Below are positions 23,837 through 36,201 of a DNA stretch of 58,771 nucleotides, piece by piece (the first letter of the stretch is position 1; every line of letters begins with the position of its first letter). The DNA comes from Caecitellus pseudoparvulus (taxonomy: Eukaryota; Protista; Bigyra: Bicosoecida). The translations under genes were made by a program, and so were the position numbers. The notes under the pieces were generated by a model. That model worked only from the letters and a program-made list of their open reading frames with translations. It made no database searches and was not told the DNA's origin. Where the stretch lies: NCBI GenBank assembly GCA_965644315.1, contig CBFFRQ010000023.1, positions 1 through 58,771 on the forward strand, read 5' to 3'.

Positions 23837-26800
23837 TCACCTGCGCTTGCGCTTGATGGCCTCCTGCACGCTGTGCACGAGAGCGGACAAGCGGTCCACA
23901 ACAAAGGCCAGGCGGCGGGGGGCGCCGTCATCCCCCACACTGTGCACCACCACCATGCCGGGAATGGTGTGTTTGAGCGTGAGGCGCTTGAGGCTGCTCA
24001 GGCTCCAGCGTGCCTCGGCGTCCATGCGCTGCAAGTCCACGGCCAACATGAAAGGAGCCTGGGGCGACGTGGTGCCTGCTGGGCTGTCCCCATCCACGTC
24101 CACTGCCACCCGCCCCGTCAGACTGCCCGACATGCCGGGCGGGTCTGTGGTGGGTGCGTGTGTGTCGTGCAGGGCGTCGGCACAGTGCAGGGGGCATAGG
24201 CGTGGGCGCAGCACCAGCAGGTGAGACTTGGTCAGCACCAGGAAGCGCCGGTCGGGGAGGAGGGAGGGGGACATCAGGTGCCGCCCCTCGTGCCCGCCTG
24301 CCCGCTGCAGCGCCGCGTACACCTCGTCACTGGCGACCAGCGTCGCGCCGAACACGGGGCGGGAGGCGTCCTTCAAGGAGAGGCAGAGGAAGGCGCCACA
24401 GCCCAGGGGCAGGGAGTGTGCCGCGTCCATGTCGCCGCCCCCTTCTGGCGCAGCGTGCGGGTCCAGGTGTGAAGCATCCCCTGCTGTCCAGGTCGCCCCC
24501 AGCTGCTGCAGGGGCAGGCAGCCGACTTTGGGCGTGGCCAGCTGCTGCAGCACGCGGGCGTGCAGCAGTTCGGTCAGGTCTCCCCGCGGCAGGCGCCCTT
24601 GCAAGGTGGACAGGGGAGACGTGTCGCTCGCTCTGCCTCGGACTGGGGGCGGCGTCCCCCCTGTGCCTCGCTTGGTACTCCACTGGCGCAGGCGGCTGAA
24701 CAGTCCACGCTTGGTCGGCTTGTCCTCGGCAGGGGGCGGCGGTGGTGTTGCAGGAGGTGGACTGGCTGCCTCCGGGCTCAGCCACGAGTACAGGTCGGCA
24801 TAGGCCAGCAGGAAGGGCGACACGCTGGCGCCTTCTCCCGCCAGACTGTCGCACTGGGCCTCGAAGAAGGCGTCATCCGGCACGTGCACTGACAGGTCTG
24901 GGCTGGGAGCACGCCCTCCTTGGGCAGAGGAGGTGCTGGGAGTCGAGGCTGAGCCCCCACCCTGGGCTCCCGCAAAGCTGCCTCGCCGCTGCCGCCCCTG
25001 CTCTGTGGAGCTCAGCAACTCATGGGAGGTGCTGGCTCGGCCACGGGTGCCCGTGCTGGCGCCACGTACAGGGCCACTGGACGAGGCGGACCGTGGGCGA
25101 GAGGGCGAGGGGACTCCGCCCCCCAGCTGCCGGGAGCGGTGCAGAGCGCTGAGGGCGGAGGGGGTGTGGACAGTGTTGGGGTTGGGCGGCACTGGCGCCG
25201 AAGCTTCGCGCAGTGCTGGGTGTGTGGGGGCGCTGGCGGGGGAGCCGCCCGTCGTCGTGGCGGCTGCGCTGGCGCCATCAAAAGCCCGTGTGTCAGGGCT
25301 GGTGTCCCCCGGCAGGGAGCCCTCGGTCCCGCCACGAGAGCGAGGCGTGGAGGTGGGAGCCTGGGATGTGGTGGAGCAGGCGTGCTCGCCGCCGCCGCTG
25401 GCAGCGGCAAAGGCAGCCGCGTCCGAGGAGGGCGTCGGTGTCACAACTTCAGGTCGTGTGAACAGACTGGACACGAGGCGCTGCGCGAGGGATGTGGAGG
25501 TGGGCCCGCCGCCCGCCTCGCCCGCTGTCTCCTCCGCCGCCTCCTCCACAGGCAGCTCAGACTCCACGAGCAAGTCGGCCGTGGCGGCGTCCCCCTGTCG
25601 CTGGCGCAGGGCTGCATACCCTCCCTGCACTTCACTCACGTACTTGAAGCCCCGCTGCAGCAGGAACAACACCACCAGCCGTGTGACGTCCTCAGCCGAG
25701 TAGTCGTCGCCCTCCTGCCCGCTCACCAGGGCAGACGCGTGGGCCCCAGCACCACCCCCCCCTGCATCCTCCGCTTTCCGGCGCCTGCGCCACGACTTGG
25801 GCAGGTGCAGCATGCCCAGCCGCCTGGCTCCTGAGCCGCCGCCCTCACTTGCGGCCCCACGCTCCTGCCGCCCATCCTGCAAGTCGGAGATGTCCCCCGG
25901 CACCAAGAGTGCAGTGGGGTCCAGGGGGGGCGCCGGCGCAGACCCCGTGTAGTACGCCTTGGAGGTGTCCCCCTCCCCCATGACGGCCAGGTGCTGCCCC
26001 TGCAGCGCCCCCAGCATGGCCGTCAGGGGGTCCAGCGCAGATGGGTCCAGCAGGGCCCGGGGGTCCAGGTGCAGGGCTGTGGGCAAGTGGCCCGCCGCCC
26101 ACTCCCCCGCTGGGCGACAGTCCACGACGAAGTACTTGGGCGCGACAGGCACTGTCACGCCAGCTGCTGCGGCGGGCGGAGCCGCATCCCCCATGCCTGG
26201 CTGACTGGCCAGCAGCTCCCCAACGCTGACCTTGGCACACACGCGCTCCTCCAGCCGGGCAAGGAGGGGGCCGGACACGGGTCGGCCGGGGGCGTAGCAC
26301 ACGACGAAGAGCAGGTCGCGCAGCGACACGGGCGAGGCGAGGTACAGCTGCCCCGCCAGCAGGCACACCTCCCGGATGTGCTGTGCGTCTCGGAACTGCA
26401 GGCGGGAGATGCCGCCCAGCAGGTTTGAGTAGGCGTCCCCCCCCGCGCCCTGGGCCCACTTCTCGATGGCGTCGGCGTGGCTCATGAGGAATGCCACAGC
26501 GACAAAGTGCAGGATCTCAGGGCCAAGCGGCGCCTGCACCTGGGCCTCTGCGCCGCCCTCGTCGGACCACGTGGCCACTTCGGGGGGCGGGACGCAGGGG
26601 GGCCGTGTCCGGTGCCCGCTCGCGTCCCGGCCCGAGCCATGCCACAGCAGGAAGTCCCACAGCACCAGCAGCGGCGCCGGCTCCAGCATGCGTGCGAACA
26701 TGGTGATGATCCACGGCGTCGCGTACAGCTCGGGGGGGATGTCATGCGTGTCCAGCAGCGTGCACATCCACGGGCAGTGGTACTGCAGCGTCAGCCGGAA

Positions 26801-27539
26801 CAGCCGGAAGGAGCACTGCAACGACACGAAATCGTCGTCCTCCGCGTACATCGTGGGCAAGAACTGTGGGGGGGGGGGGGGGCACAGTGCAGTGTGTGGG
26901 ACAAGCAAGGCAGAGGGCGTCGCGGGCTCGGCACGCACCTTGGCCACAGTGCGCTCCAGCATCTGGTACACGACGGCGTCAGGGGCCACGCGCTCCACTG
27001 CCTCTGCGTCCACGGTGCCTGTGCCGGCGGACTCCACGTCCTCGGCGCCGCCCTCCCACCCTGCTCGGTCCGCCAGCCCAGCCGCGGCGGCGAGCACAAA
27101 GGGCGGCAGCAGCTCGTTCAGGCCCTGCTTGTACACGACGGAGCGGTTCTTGACGTAGTAAGTCATGACACGGCGAATACGGGCCCTCATTTCGTCCGTC
27201 TTGAACAGGGGGTGCCCTGCTCGTGTCTGCAGCAGGCAAGTGCGCCTGGGTGTCGAAGAAGCAAGGTGAGAGCAGGCCAGCGCTGCCCACGCACCCGTTC
27301 GGCATCCACACGAATGACACGCTGATTTGGCAGGTCCTGCTTGGTGGCAGCGATGCGCTGGTTCATCAAGTCATGGCTCGTGGAGTCCACGCTGCAGGGG
27401 GAGCGGCCAGCGCGAGGGATGTGAAGTGGGAGCGTGCAGGCGCAAAATCCGCACCGCCGCACCCGAGCAGCTGCTTCCACAAGGCCAGCCGCCTGCTGGG
27501 CTTCACCGCTGGCCAGAGGACGGTGTCCACATACTCCAT
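23837..27539 (-). CDS. TBC (RabGAP) plus rhodanese-domain protein, TBC1D23-like
   Basis: RLALWKQLLG, NQRVIRVDAER, YKQGLNELL, PELYATPWIITMFAR, VVDCRPAGEWAAGHL, VSEVQGGY. Several short introns; exon boundaries approximate. Confidence 0.85.
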
Positions 27540-28319
27540 TGTGCGCAGTGAGGCTGGGCTGTGACCAAGCCCCAACGCATGCCCACGAGGCACAAGCGGG
27601 CACGGCGCAGACAAACACCGGGGGCTGCGCTGCGTTCACGCTCGCAAAGCCAGGGCGGGCGACCAGCTTTTGAATCCAGTGCTGGGTTGACGCCCCTGCC
27701 TCGAGCAAAGGGTGGGCGTTGGGATTGTGGTTGATCGTCGTGCATGCGTGCGCTGGGCACGACTGCCGCCGTGGCGCTCGCAACTCGCTCCCACACGGCA
27801 CATTTCCGCAGCAGTGCATTTGTGCGCTGACAGATGATCGACACTGTGCGCACTTGCTCGCGTGTCTGCGCCAACGCGTGTGTGGGCTGACGCTGGAGTT
27901 CCCTACTTGCGGTGTTTGCGTCGCTCGGGCTGCCTGCCAACCCAGTCAGCCGCAGCCTGCACGCCCGCCCGGCACACTGAGGCCCCTGCTGTGGGCCAGT
28001 TCTTGGGCAAGTACACCCGGTCGTGGGCACTGTTGTGACCGGCATGCAGAGCTCTTCGTCGCGCATCCTACCGGGTGCTCAGAGCAAAGCCAGCCTGGCT
28101 TCCTCTCGAAGGGGCGGCGGTGCTGGCGGCACCTCCAAGCAAGCACTGGTGCGTGGCGGGCCCAGGAAGCGTGTTTTTGTGCGATGCTCTTTGTATTTCA
28201 TGTGTCCCCTGGCACTGCAAGGGACGGCGGGCCCCCTGGCAGGGGCTGCAAACGGCGAGCGGCGTTGCGATCTCAGCTCGGTGCCTGCCCGGCACGCCAG
28301 CACGCCCCGGCCCTGCGCA

Positions 28320-31300
28320 GAAAGACAAGCCCGTCATTCGTGACGAGCATGGGAATGACGTGACACCTGCCTCCCTCCTGGCTGAGGACCCGAAGGATGA
28401 AGGCGTGAGTAAGTTCTTCTCGTTCAACCCCGGCACTGGCGAGAGCAAGCAAGGGGGCGAGGAGGACGATGCGTTCTCCGTCGGCGCCGCCTCCATTCGT
28501 AGTGGAGAGGCGTCAGAGGGGGAGGAGGAGATGCCTGCCACGGCTGCAGGGGCTGGTGGCTGGGGTGGCGACACGGCAGCCCCCGCCGCCTCGCTGGAGT
28601 CCCAGCCAGGCCCCGCCAGTGCAAGCAGTGCCCACCCCCGCCTGACCGAGGCTGAGCTGGCTGCCACGGTGACACTGACGCTGGAGGAGACGGACACGCT
28701 GACGGACCTGTTCATCCCCTCCTCTGTCGTCATGGTGGCGACGGAGGCGGCGGCGGCGGCAGAGGAGGCCAACGCCCGATACACTGCGTACCGCACCGTC
28801 ATCGCCCGGGGAGGGGAGGGCTACACCACCACCGCTGCCCAGACGCTGGCGGGGCCTTCCTCCCGCTCCATGGCCAACAAGCGCGTGCAGACGGCGTCGC
28901 CCACCATGGTGTCTTCGGGCGTGCAGGCCACGGCGTGGGGCATCGCGGACGCCGTCGCGGCAGCCGGGGACGGGGACGCGGAGGAGGAGGAGGAGGCGTT
29001 GGGGGGGGACCCCGCCGCCACGACGGGGGGGGGTGGCGAGGATACCTCTGCCGCTGCTGCTTCTGTGGCGGCGCAGGTGCGCCACGTGCTGACGGCGGGG
29101 GAGGCCGCCCCAGGTTTCCTGCTGGACGAGGTGGGGTCCGTGGTCATCCGACCCGTGGGGGTGCCTGACGGAGGTGCGGCAGATGCCGGGCCGGGTGGCC
29201 GTCGTCGTCGTCGGCCTCGAGACGCTGCCAGTCTGGGCGTGTCTGTGGGGGAGGCGCGGGCGGTGGCGCCACCCCCCGCCCCCAGCGCCTCTGCCGCCTC
29301 CCTGCCGGACCTGGCTGGCAGCACACTGCTGGGGTCTGGCGCCGTGCACTCCAGCACCGGAGGCGGCCTCCTGGCCTCCTCCCAGCACAGCACCCTGCAG
29401 GACGGCGGGGAGGCCCACGGGGACGGCGCCGCGGTGGAGGCCACGCCAGGCAGCACTTGGGCGACAGTGGCCACCGCCAAGGAGGCCGCCGCCGTGCTGG
29501 GCTCTCGGCGCCTGCTGTCCTCCCTGCGCATCGTGGAGCAGGCTGTGCAGCAGAACCTGTATCACCACGCACACAGGCTGTACCGGGCCCGGGCAGGGGC
29601 CGAGGCGCTGGAGGGGCTGCTGCTGTCCCTGGGCCTGTCAGTGGACCGGGGGTCCCCCGAGGAGGACATGGGCGGCCTGGCGGGCATCACATCTGTGGGC
29701 AGTGGCACTGCCCACCACGCCTCGCTCTCTGCAGAGGGTGGCGGGGTGCTGGATGCCGGCGGGGGGCTGCTGGATGCCGGCGGGCTGGAAGAGGGCGATG
29801 AGGAGGACGATGAGGAGGAGGGTGGCGGTCTGAGCAGTGCCCCCCTGAGCTCGGCGGCGCACTCCAGTGCCATGAGCGAGGCGTCTGACGGCGAGGAGGG
29901 GCCCGGCGACGGACACAGCGGCGTGCCTGGCGGCGGCGGCGGCGGCGGGGGGGATGACGCCTCCTCCTCCGGGGAGGTGGATGAGGCCACCACCCTCGTG
30001 AACATGCTGGGCGCGGGGCTGGCCACGGACGGCGTGCCGGGCCTCCTGCGCCTCTTCACGTACACCTGCCCTGCCCTGGTGGGGCGCAACGTCACGAGCC
30101 TCGTGTGGAACACCGTGAACACCGACCTCCTGGCGGCGGGGTACGGCCCGGGGCAGTACACGCCCGACGCCGCGGCTCCCGGTGCCCTGGCCCTGTGGAG
30201 CATGACCAACCCCTCCTACCCCCAGGCAGTGGTGACCCTCCCCGTGGGCGTCATGGCCCTGGACTTCTCGTCGCAGCACGGCAACCTGCTGGCGGCGGGG
30301 TACTACGACGGGCGAGTGGCGGTGTTCGACGTGGCGGCGCTGCTGGCAGGCACCGCCTCCGGCCCCAACATCGTGTCAGACCCGCTGGGGCGGGAGGCAC
30401 ACAGTGAGCCCGTGTGGCAGGTGAAGTGGGTGACGTGGGACGAGGCGGGGCAGGAGCGCATCGTCAGCGTGTCCACCGACGGCCGTGTGAACGAGTGGAG
30501 CTTGAAGAAGGGCCTGCAAGGCAAGCGGCTGATGGAGGTGCGGCGGCGGCGGGAGGTGGGCCCAGCGCCCGCAGCGGGCGGCGGCACTGGCGTCCCCACC
30601 CCCGCCACCTCTTCCGCCAACATTTCGGGTCTGTCCGCGACGGAGGCCGCCGCCATCGTCAAGGGCGACGTGCCGGCGGACCCCATCGAGGCCGCCCTGG
30701 CCAAGAAGAGCTCCAAGGAGCGGCAGCGAGCCCTGGCCGCCCTGGCCAACAAGGGCCCCAAGGGGGGCCAGGCCGGCGCCGACTCCGTCATCACCTCAAC
30801 TGCCGCCGCCCTCTGCGTGGACTTTCCCTGGAGCGACCCCACGCGGTACCTGGTGGGGGTGGAGGACGGCACGATGCACCAGTGCAGCGTCAGCTACACT
30901 GACAGCCCCCTGGAGTCGTACGCGGCGCACGCGGGCCCCCTGAACCGCCTGCGCATCTCGCCGTACTACCCCACCGCAGTCCTCACCGCGTCAGCTGACT
31001 GGACCGTCAAGCTGTGGGACCTCCGAGACACGTCCGGGGTGGATGAGTCTGCCACGGCAGCTGGGGGGGCCTCTGCCGCGGGTGGCGCCTCCTCTGCCGC
31101 CGGAGGGGGGGGCTCCTCTGCCGCCGGGCGGGGGGGCACCGGCGGCCAGGGTGGCGGCGGGGCTGGCGCCACGGGGACCCCCTACGTCACTGACACCTGT
31201 CGCTCCGCCGTGTCTGACGTGGCGTGGAGCCCCACGGTGGCCACGCGGTTTGTGTGTGTGGATGAGGACGGCTGGATCCGCCTGTGGCAGGTGGGCTCCT

Positions 31301-31752
31301 CTGGCCAGCCCATGCTGGAGCACCGGGCCACGGCGCCCCCCCCCGGACAGGAGGAGGCGGGGGGCTTCATGGCCACCCTGCGGCGCAAGCTGGGCAAGTC
31401 AGCAGCAGGGGGCGGTGGAGGCGACGACGCAGATGGCGCAGGTGGCGCCGACGACGCCTTGGGCCTGGCTCTGGGCATGACGGCGGAGGAGGAGGAAGAG
31501 GGCGGTGCAGGGGGGGGTGAGGGCAGGGGCAAGGCCGTGGCCATCACGCTGGCCCCGCAGAAGCTGTCCTGCGTCGTGTTCGCGCCGAACGCGCCGGTGC
31601 TGGTGACGGGGGACAGCATGGGGCGTGTGGATGTGTACCGCCTGATGGGGCGGGCCGCCACCAGCACCCTCATGGGCCTGACAGCCATGGAGCAGACCGA
31701 GGCGCTGTACTTCGCCATGCACCCAGACGAGAAGGACCTGGGCGAGCTGTGA
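28320..31752 (+). CDS. WDR78: WD40 axonemal dynein intermediate chain, WDR78/DNAI4 (IC138)-like; 5' exon(s) probably further upstream
   Basis: VIRDEHGNDVTP, TLTLEETDT, IVEQAVQQN, NTDLLAAGYG, WSMTNPSYP, HSEPVWQVKW, VSVSTDGRV, LTASADWTVKLW. Confidence 0.85.
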
Positions 31753-31784
31753 TGAGGCAAGGGGCAGGAGCAGAAGCATTGAAT

Positions 31785-32130
31785 TCAATCGGCCTCCTTG
31801 CCCGTGCTCTCGGCTGGTGGCGCCTCCGCAGCCAGCTTGGCCTTGACTTCCTGTGCCGTGGCGGCCTTGGCCAGCTCCTCGGCAGCCTTGGCTGTCTTGG
31901 CGGCCAGCGCCTCGTCGTGGCGGGCCTCTGCGCTGCTCATGCGCGCCTCCAACTTGGCCTTGATGGCGTCAGGGGTCTTTGCTGAGTGGTGTTCCTGGGC
32001 ACGTGCCGCCAGGCGGGCCTGCGATGGCGAGCGCCAGGCACACCTTCCTCGTGCAGTGCCGTTGCGCATCACCACGCCTTCCACTCACCTGCACGCCTTT
32101 CAGCTCTTCCGTCTTGCCTTCCGCAGCCAT
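31785..32130 (-). CDS. Small helical (stathmin-like coiled-coil) protein, with one intron
   Basis: MAAEGKTEELK, then a GCGTGCAGGTGAGT donor region; second exon SPSQARLAARAQEHH..KAKLEARMSSAEARHDEALAAK. Confidence 0.5.
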
Positions 32131-32529
32131 AGTGGCGGACCTGTGAAAGGCGGCATGGTGTCATGCGATGCTAAAGCTGCTCAGACTGCCCGTCTCGCCT
32201 GCTGCTTCTTTGTGGCAGCCGAGCCACGCACAGGGTTGGTGCACTTTGAAAGGGGCAGGTGTGCTGCAAGGGGGCAAGCGTGAACTGGCCGATGTTCACA
32301 AAGGCTGGGATGTGGTGTTGAAGTTGAGTTTGACTCCACCCCTGGGTGTGCGCCTGCGTGCCTGGAGAAGACTGGCGTGTTTGAGGAGCTGGTGCCGATC
32401 CCGGCGCAGTCCTGGCCAGCCGACACTGGCCCCACCACGGCACAAAGCACTGCACGCAGAGACAGGCAGCTCACACAGTGCCCATGGTCCCTCGCCAGAC
32501 CTCAGCAGCCCTTGCCCCGTGCTGCAGCC

Positions 32530-33734
32530 ATGCACCGCCTGCGCACGGCGGCAGCTTGGCGGCGAGGCATGGCCTCCGCAGCCCGCCTGCCCCTGAACCT
32601 GAGCGAGGTCGGGCTGAAAGTGCTGCAGGCGCCAGCAGTGGAGGACAAGATGCGCTGGACGCTGGAGGCGTGGGACGAGCTGGAGCAGCAGGGCACTCTT
32701 GGCCCCTGGCCGCCCACGGAGCATTTGGATGCAGAGCAGGCCGCCTCCCTGCGCAGCATCCCAGACACGGACCTGCCGGGGCTCCCCACCAATGCCGTGC
32801 GGTCCTTGCTCCCAGCATCCGGGTCCTGGGCACCAACCATTTGCAGGGCGTCCCTGCCGGGACACGCTGCAGTGCCCGATCACCCAGCACGGCCCAGCAA
32901 GCCCGAGCTCGTGTCTGGTGCGGAAATTGCCGCCTGCGCGAGACGCCGCCGACCTCGCTGCACCCCCACCCGTGCCTCCTGCAGGCAAGAAGTTCCGCAG
33001 GCCAAAGGTGGCTGCGAACGTGTACCTCCTGCACGCCCTGGCACACGTGGAGTTGAACGCGTGTGGTGCGTGGGGGGCGCCAGTATCGCGGTAGTGGACC
33101 GCCCCTCGCACAAGCGTTGCTGTCATGCGCCGCCTGCACAGATCTGTACTGGGACACCATCGTGCGCTTCTACGATGACGACGTGCCCACGCAGCTCTTC
33201 GTGGACCTGCTGGACATCGCCCGGGACGAGGCCAAACACTTTTCCTGGCTGCAGCAACGCCTGGTCGCACTGGGCAGCGGCTACGGCGCCCTGCCTGCGC
33301 ACAAGGCCCTGTGGGAGCAGGGCCACAGCTCTCGAGGCAGCCTCCTGGCGCGCCTCGCCGTCGTGCCTCTCGTGCAGGAGGCCAAGGCGCTGGATGCCGC
33401 CGACCGACTGAGAGGGCGCATGGTGGGTGCGGGGGATGGGCCCAGTGCGGAGCTCGTGGCGCAGATTTGCGCCGAGGAGGTGGGGCACGTGTACAAGGGC
33501 ATGCAGTGGTTCATTCACCTGTGTCTGGAGCAGGGAGTCCACCCGCCCACCGCCTTCCACGCCCAGGTGGCGCGGCACTGCCCCTCGCCGCTGCCCGGCC
33601 CCTTCAATGAAACCGCCCGCGCTATGGCGGGTATGTGGCCAGAGTGGTTCCGCCCCGTGTCTCGCGGCGGCATGTCGCGGCGGGCCTGGCTCACCATGAA
33701 ACATCATCAAGCGGGAGCGGGTACTCCCCATTGA
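32530..33734 (+). CDS. DUF455 ferritin-like di-iron protein
   Basis: PDHPARP, LLHALAHVELNA, DLYWD, DEAKHF, YGALPAH, PLVQEAKALDA, EEVGHV..WF, GPFNETARAMAG; multiple introns. Confidence 0.88.
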
Positions 33735-35931
33735 AGCAGGCGGTGCAGTGGCCTCTGGCGGTCGTGCGCAGGTATGGCGGTGGCTTGGCCAGGGCGCCCA
33801 GCGTATTACGCGGGGGGGGAGCCCTCGCGGCGTCCCCTGCCTCGCCTTCCATGGCCGGACCAGGTGGACTGGAAGTGTACTCCCCCCCCACGGCCCACCC
33901 CCCCATGCCGCCCGCCTCAGCAGCGTCCCCAGGCGTGCAAATGCCTCGCACAGTGCCTGCCGCCCCGCACAGCTCCGACGGGAAGCCGCTCTGCTCGAGA
34001 GGCACGTCAGTCAGGGTGCTGGTGCTGGGCCCACCCTGCTCTCCCGGTGCCTCCCCTCGCCGGCGGGGCAGTGCCTCTGGGTCCGGGCTACTGGCTGGGG
34101 CGCCGTGCAGGGTGTGGGTGTATGCCGTGAGCGGCTGGGCCTCGGCGCCCAGTGTCACGGCGTGCATCATGCCGTCGTGAGACAGGAATGCCAGGGAGTC
34201 GGCGCCGAGGTACTCTGCGATGCGCGCCACGGAGCCGACGCGGTGGGCGATGAGCTCCTCTGGGGCGCCGATGTCCACACCCATGAAGCAGGGGTGGCGC
34301 AGGGGGGGCGAGGACACACGGATGTGCACCTCCGCCGCCCCTGCCCGGCGCAGCAGGGGCACCATTTGCCGCATGGTGCTGCCACGGACAATGCTGTCGT
34401 CCACCAGCACCACCACCTTCCCGGCGATGTTCTGGGCGAGGGCGTTGAACTTCAACTTGATGGCGTTGTCCCGCATGGCCTGGTCCGGCTGGATGAAGGT
34501 GCGCCCGATGTACCGGTTCTTGCACAGGATCTCCATGTACGGCTTGCCCGCCGCCCCTGCGAACCCGATGCCGGCGGCGAGGGAGCTGTCCGGCACGCCC
34601 GACACGATGTCGGCGTGGGGCACGGGGGACTCCAGCGCCAGCTGGGCGCCCAGGCGCTGCCGGACAGTGTGCACGAGCTGCCCCTCCAGCACCGTGTCGG
34701 GGCGGGAGAAGTAGACGTACTCGAACACACACAGGGCAGGCGGAACAGCCACCTGCTTGGCCGGCAGCGCCCACCACGACGTCACGCCGGATGCGTCCAC
34801 ACGCACGATCTCCCCGGGCATGACCTCTCGCACGAGGGTGTACCCGACCGTGCCCAGAGCACAGGACTCTGAGGAGAGGCAGTACGACACCTGCCCCTCC
34901 TCCACACACGCCCCGATGCACAGCGGCCGCATGCCGAACCGGTCCCGCACCCCGTACAGCGCCTGCCCTGTGAGCAGGGTGAAGGCGAAGGCCCCCTCAC
35001 ACTCCCCCACCAGGGCGGCCAGGCGGAATTCGAAGCTGTCCCCGGGACTGTCAGGGTGCGGCAGCACGCCGCCGCCGCGGCCCGGCGCGGGAACTTCCAC
35101 TTGCACTTCGTCTTGCCCACGCGGCGTGGCCACCCGCACAGCTGCCGGGTCCTCCTTCGCCTCTGCCGCCGCTGCGTCGCCCCCTGCTGCTGCGGGCTGT
35201 TCGGGGCTGGACAGACTCGTGGCGGGCTGCCCCCGGGCAGTGGGCGCCAGGCCACTCCAGCCGCCTGCCTCGGGGAAGTAGTGTGCGAGGAAGGGGTGGT
35301 CGGGGGTCGCCTCCTGCGGCGCCCGCGCCATGCACTGCGCGATGACTTCGCTGTCCGTGTGTGTGAAGAGGCCCACGCCGCGCCGCAGCACGGCCGTGCG
35401 CAGGGCCTTCTGCCGTGTCAGCTGGCCATTGTGGGCCACTGCCACCTGGCCCAAGTCCGTCTCCAGGACGAATGGCTGCGCGTTGGCGGAGATGCTGCCG
35501 CCTGCCGTGGAGTACCGCGTGTGCCCGATGGCGGCGGTGCCGGGCAGGCTGCGGATGGCTTCCTCAGTGAACACTTGAGACACCTGCCACGAGGAGGGGG
35601 GGGCGTGTGGAGGTGCGCACGAGGGTGGATTCACAGGGCGGACCTGTACGCACCAGACCCATGTCTTTGTGCACGTGCATGCGGCCGTTGTGGCACGTGG
35701 CAATGCCTGCAGATTCCTGCCCCCGGTGCTGCAGCGCATACAGCCCGAAGAAAGCCAGCCGGGCAGCCGACCGCTTCACGCAGCGGATCCTGTGGCGAGG
35801 GCAGGGCATTGAACAGAGAGTAAACTTCAGCAGGCCACATTGCCCTCGCACTGGCGAGCCACAACGCACCCAAACACTCCACATTCGTGCTGCGGCTTGT
35901 CGCCGTCGGGGCTGGAATCTTGAGCTGCCAT
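33691..35931 (-). CDS. purF: Amidophosphoribosyltransferase (Fe-S/propeptide type)
   Basis: [79 protein letters not shown]; two 5' introns. Confidence 0.95.
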
Positions 35932-36201
35932 GGCGTAACAGCAGTGGGAAGCAGGTCAACAGTCCAGTGGAGCTGTTCTACGGTTTTCAGGCACGTGCTT
36001 AGAATTCTTGGATGATTTACACGCCCGACAGATCTGTACCACCACCCTTACGGCTGGACAAGGGGTGCTCGGGGGGGCGAGTCGATTTCCGCACCCAGCA
36101 CCAGTTCCCACTGGCGCACACATTCCCCACACCTGCACTTTGGCGCCCCCACAGCCAGCACGCACCTGTACTGCACCCTGAGCACTAGCACAACGTGCAC
36201 G
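35932..36201. promoter_or_regulatory. Candidate bidirectional promoter (purF/purK)
   Basis: 270 bp between divergent ATGs at 35931 and 36202. Function is inferred from position only. Confidence 0.5.
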
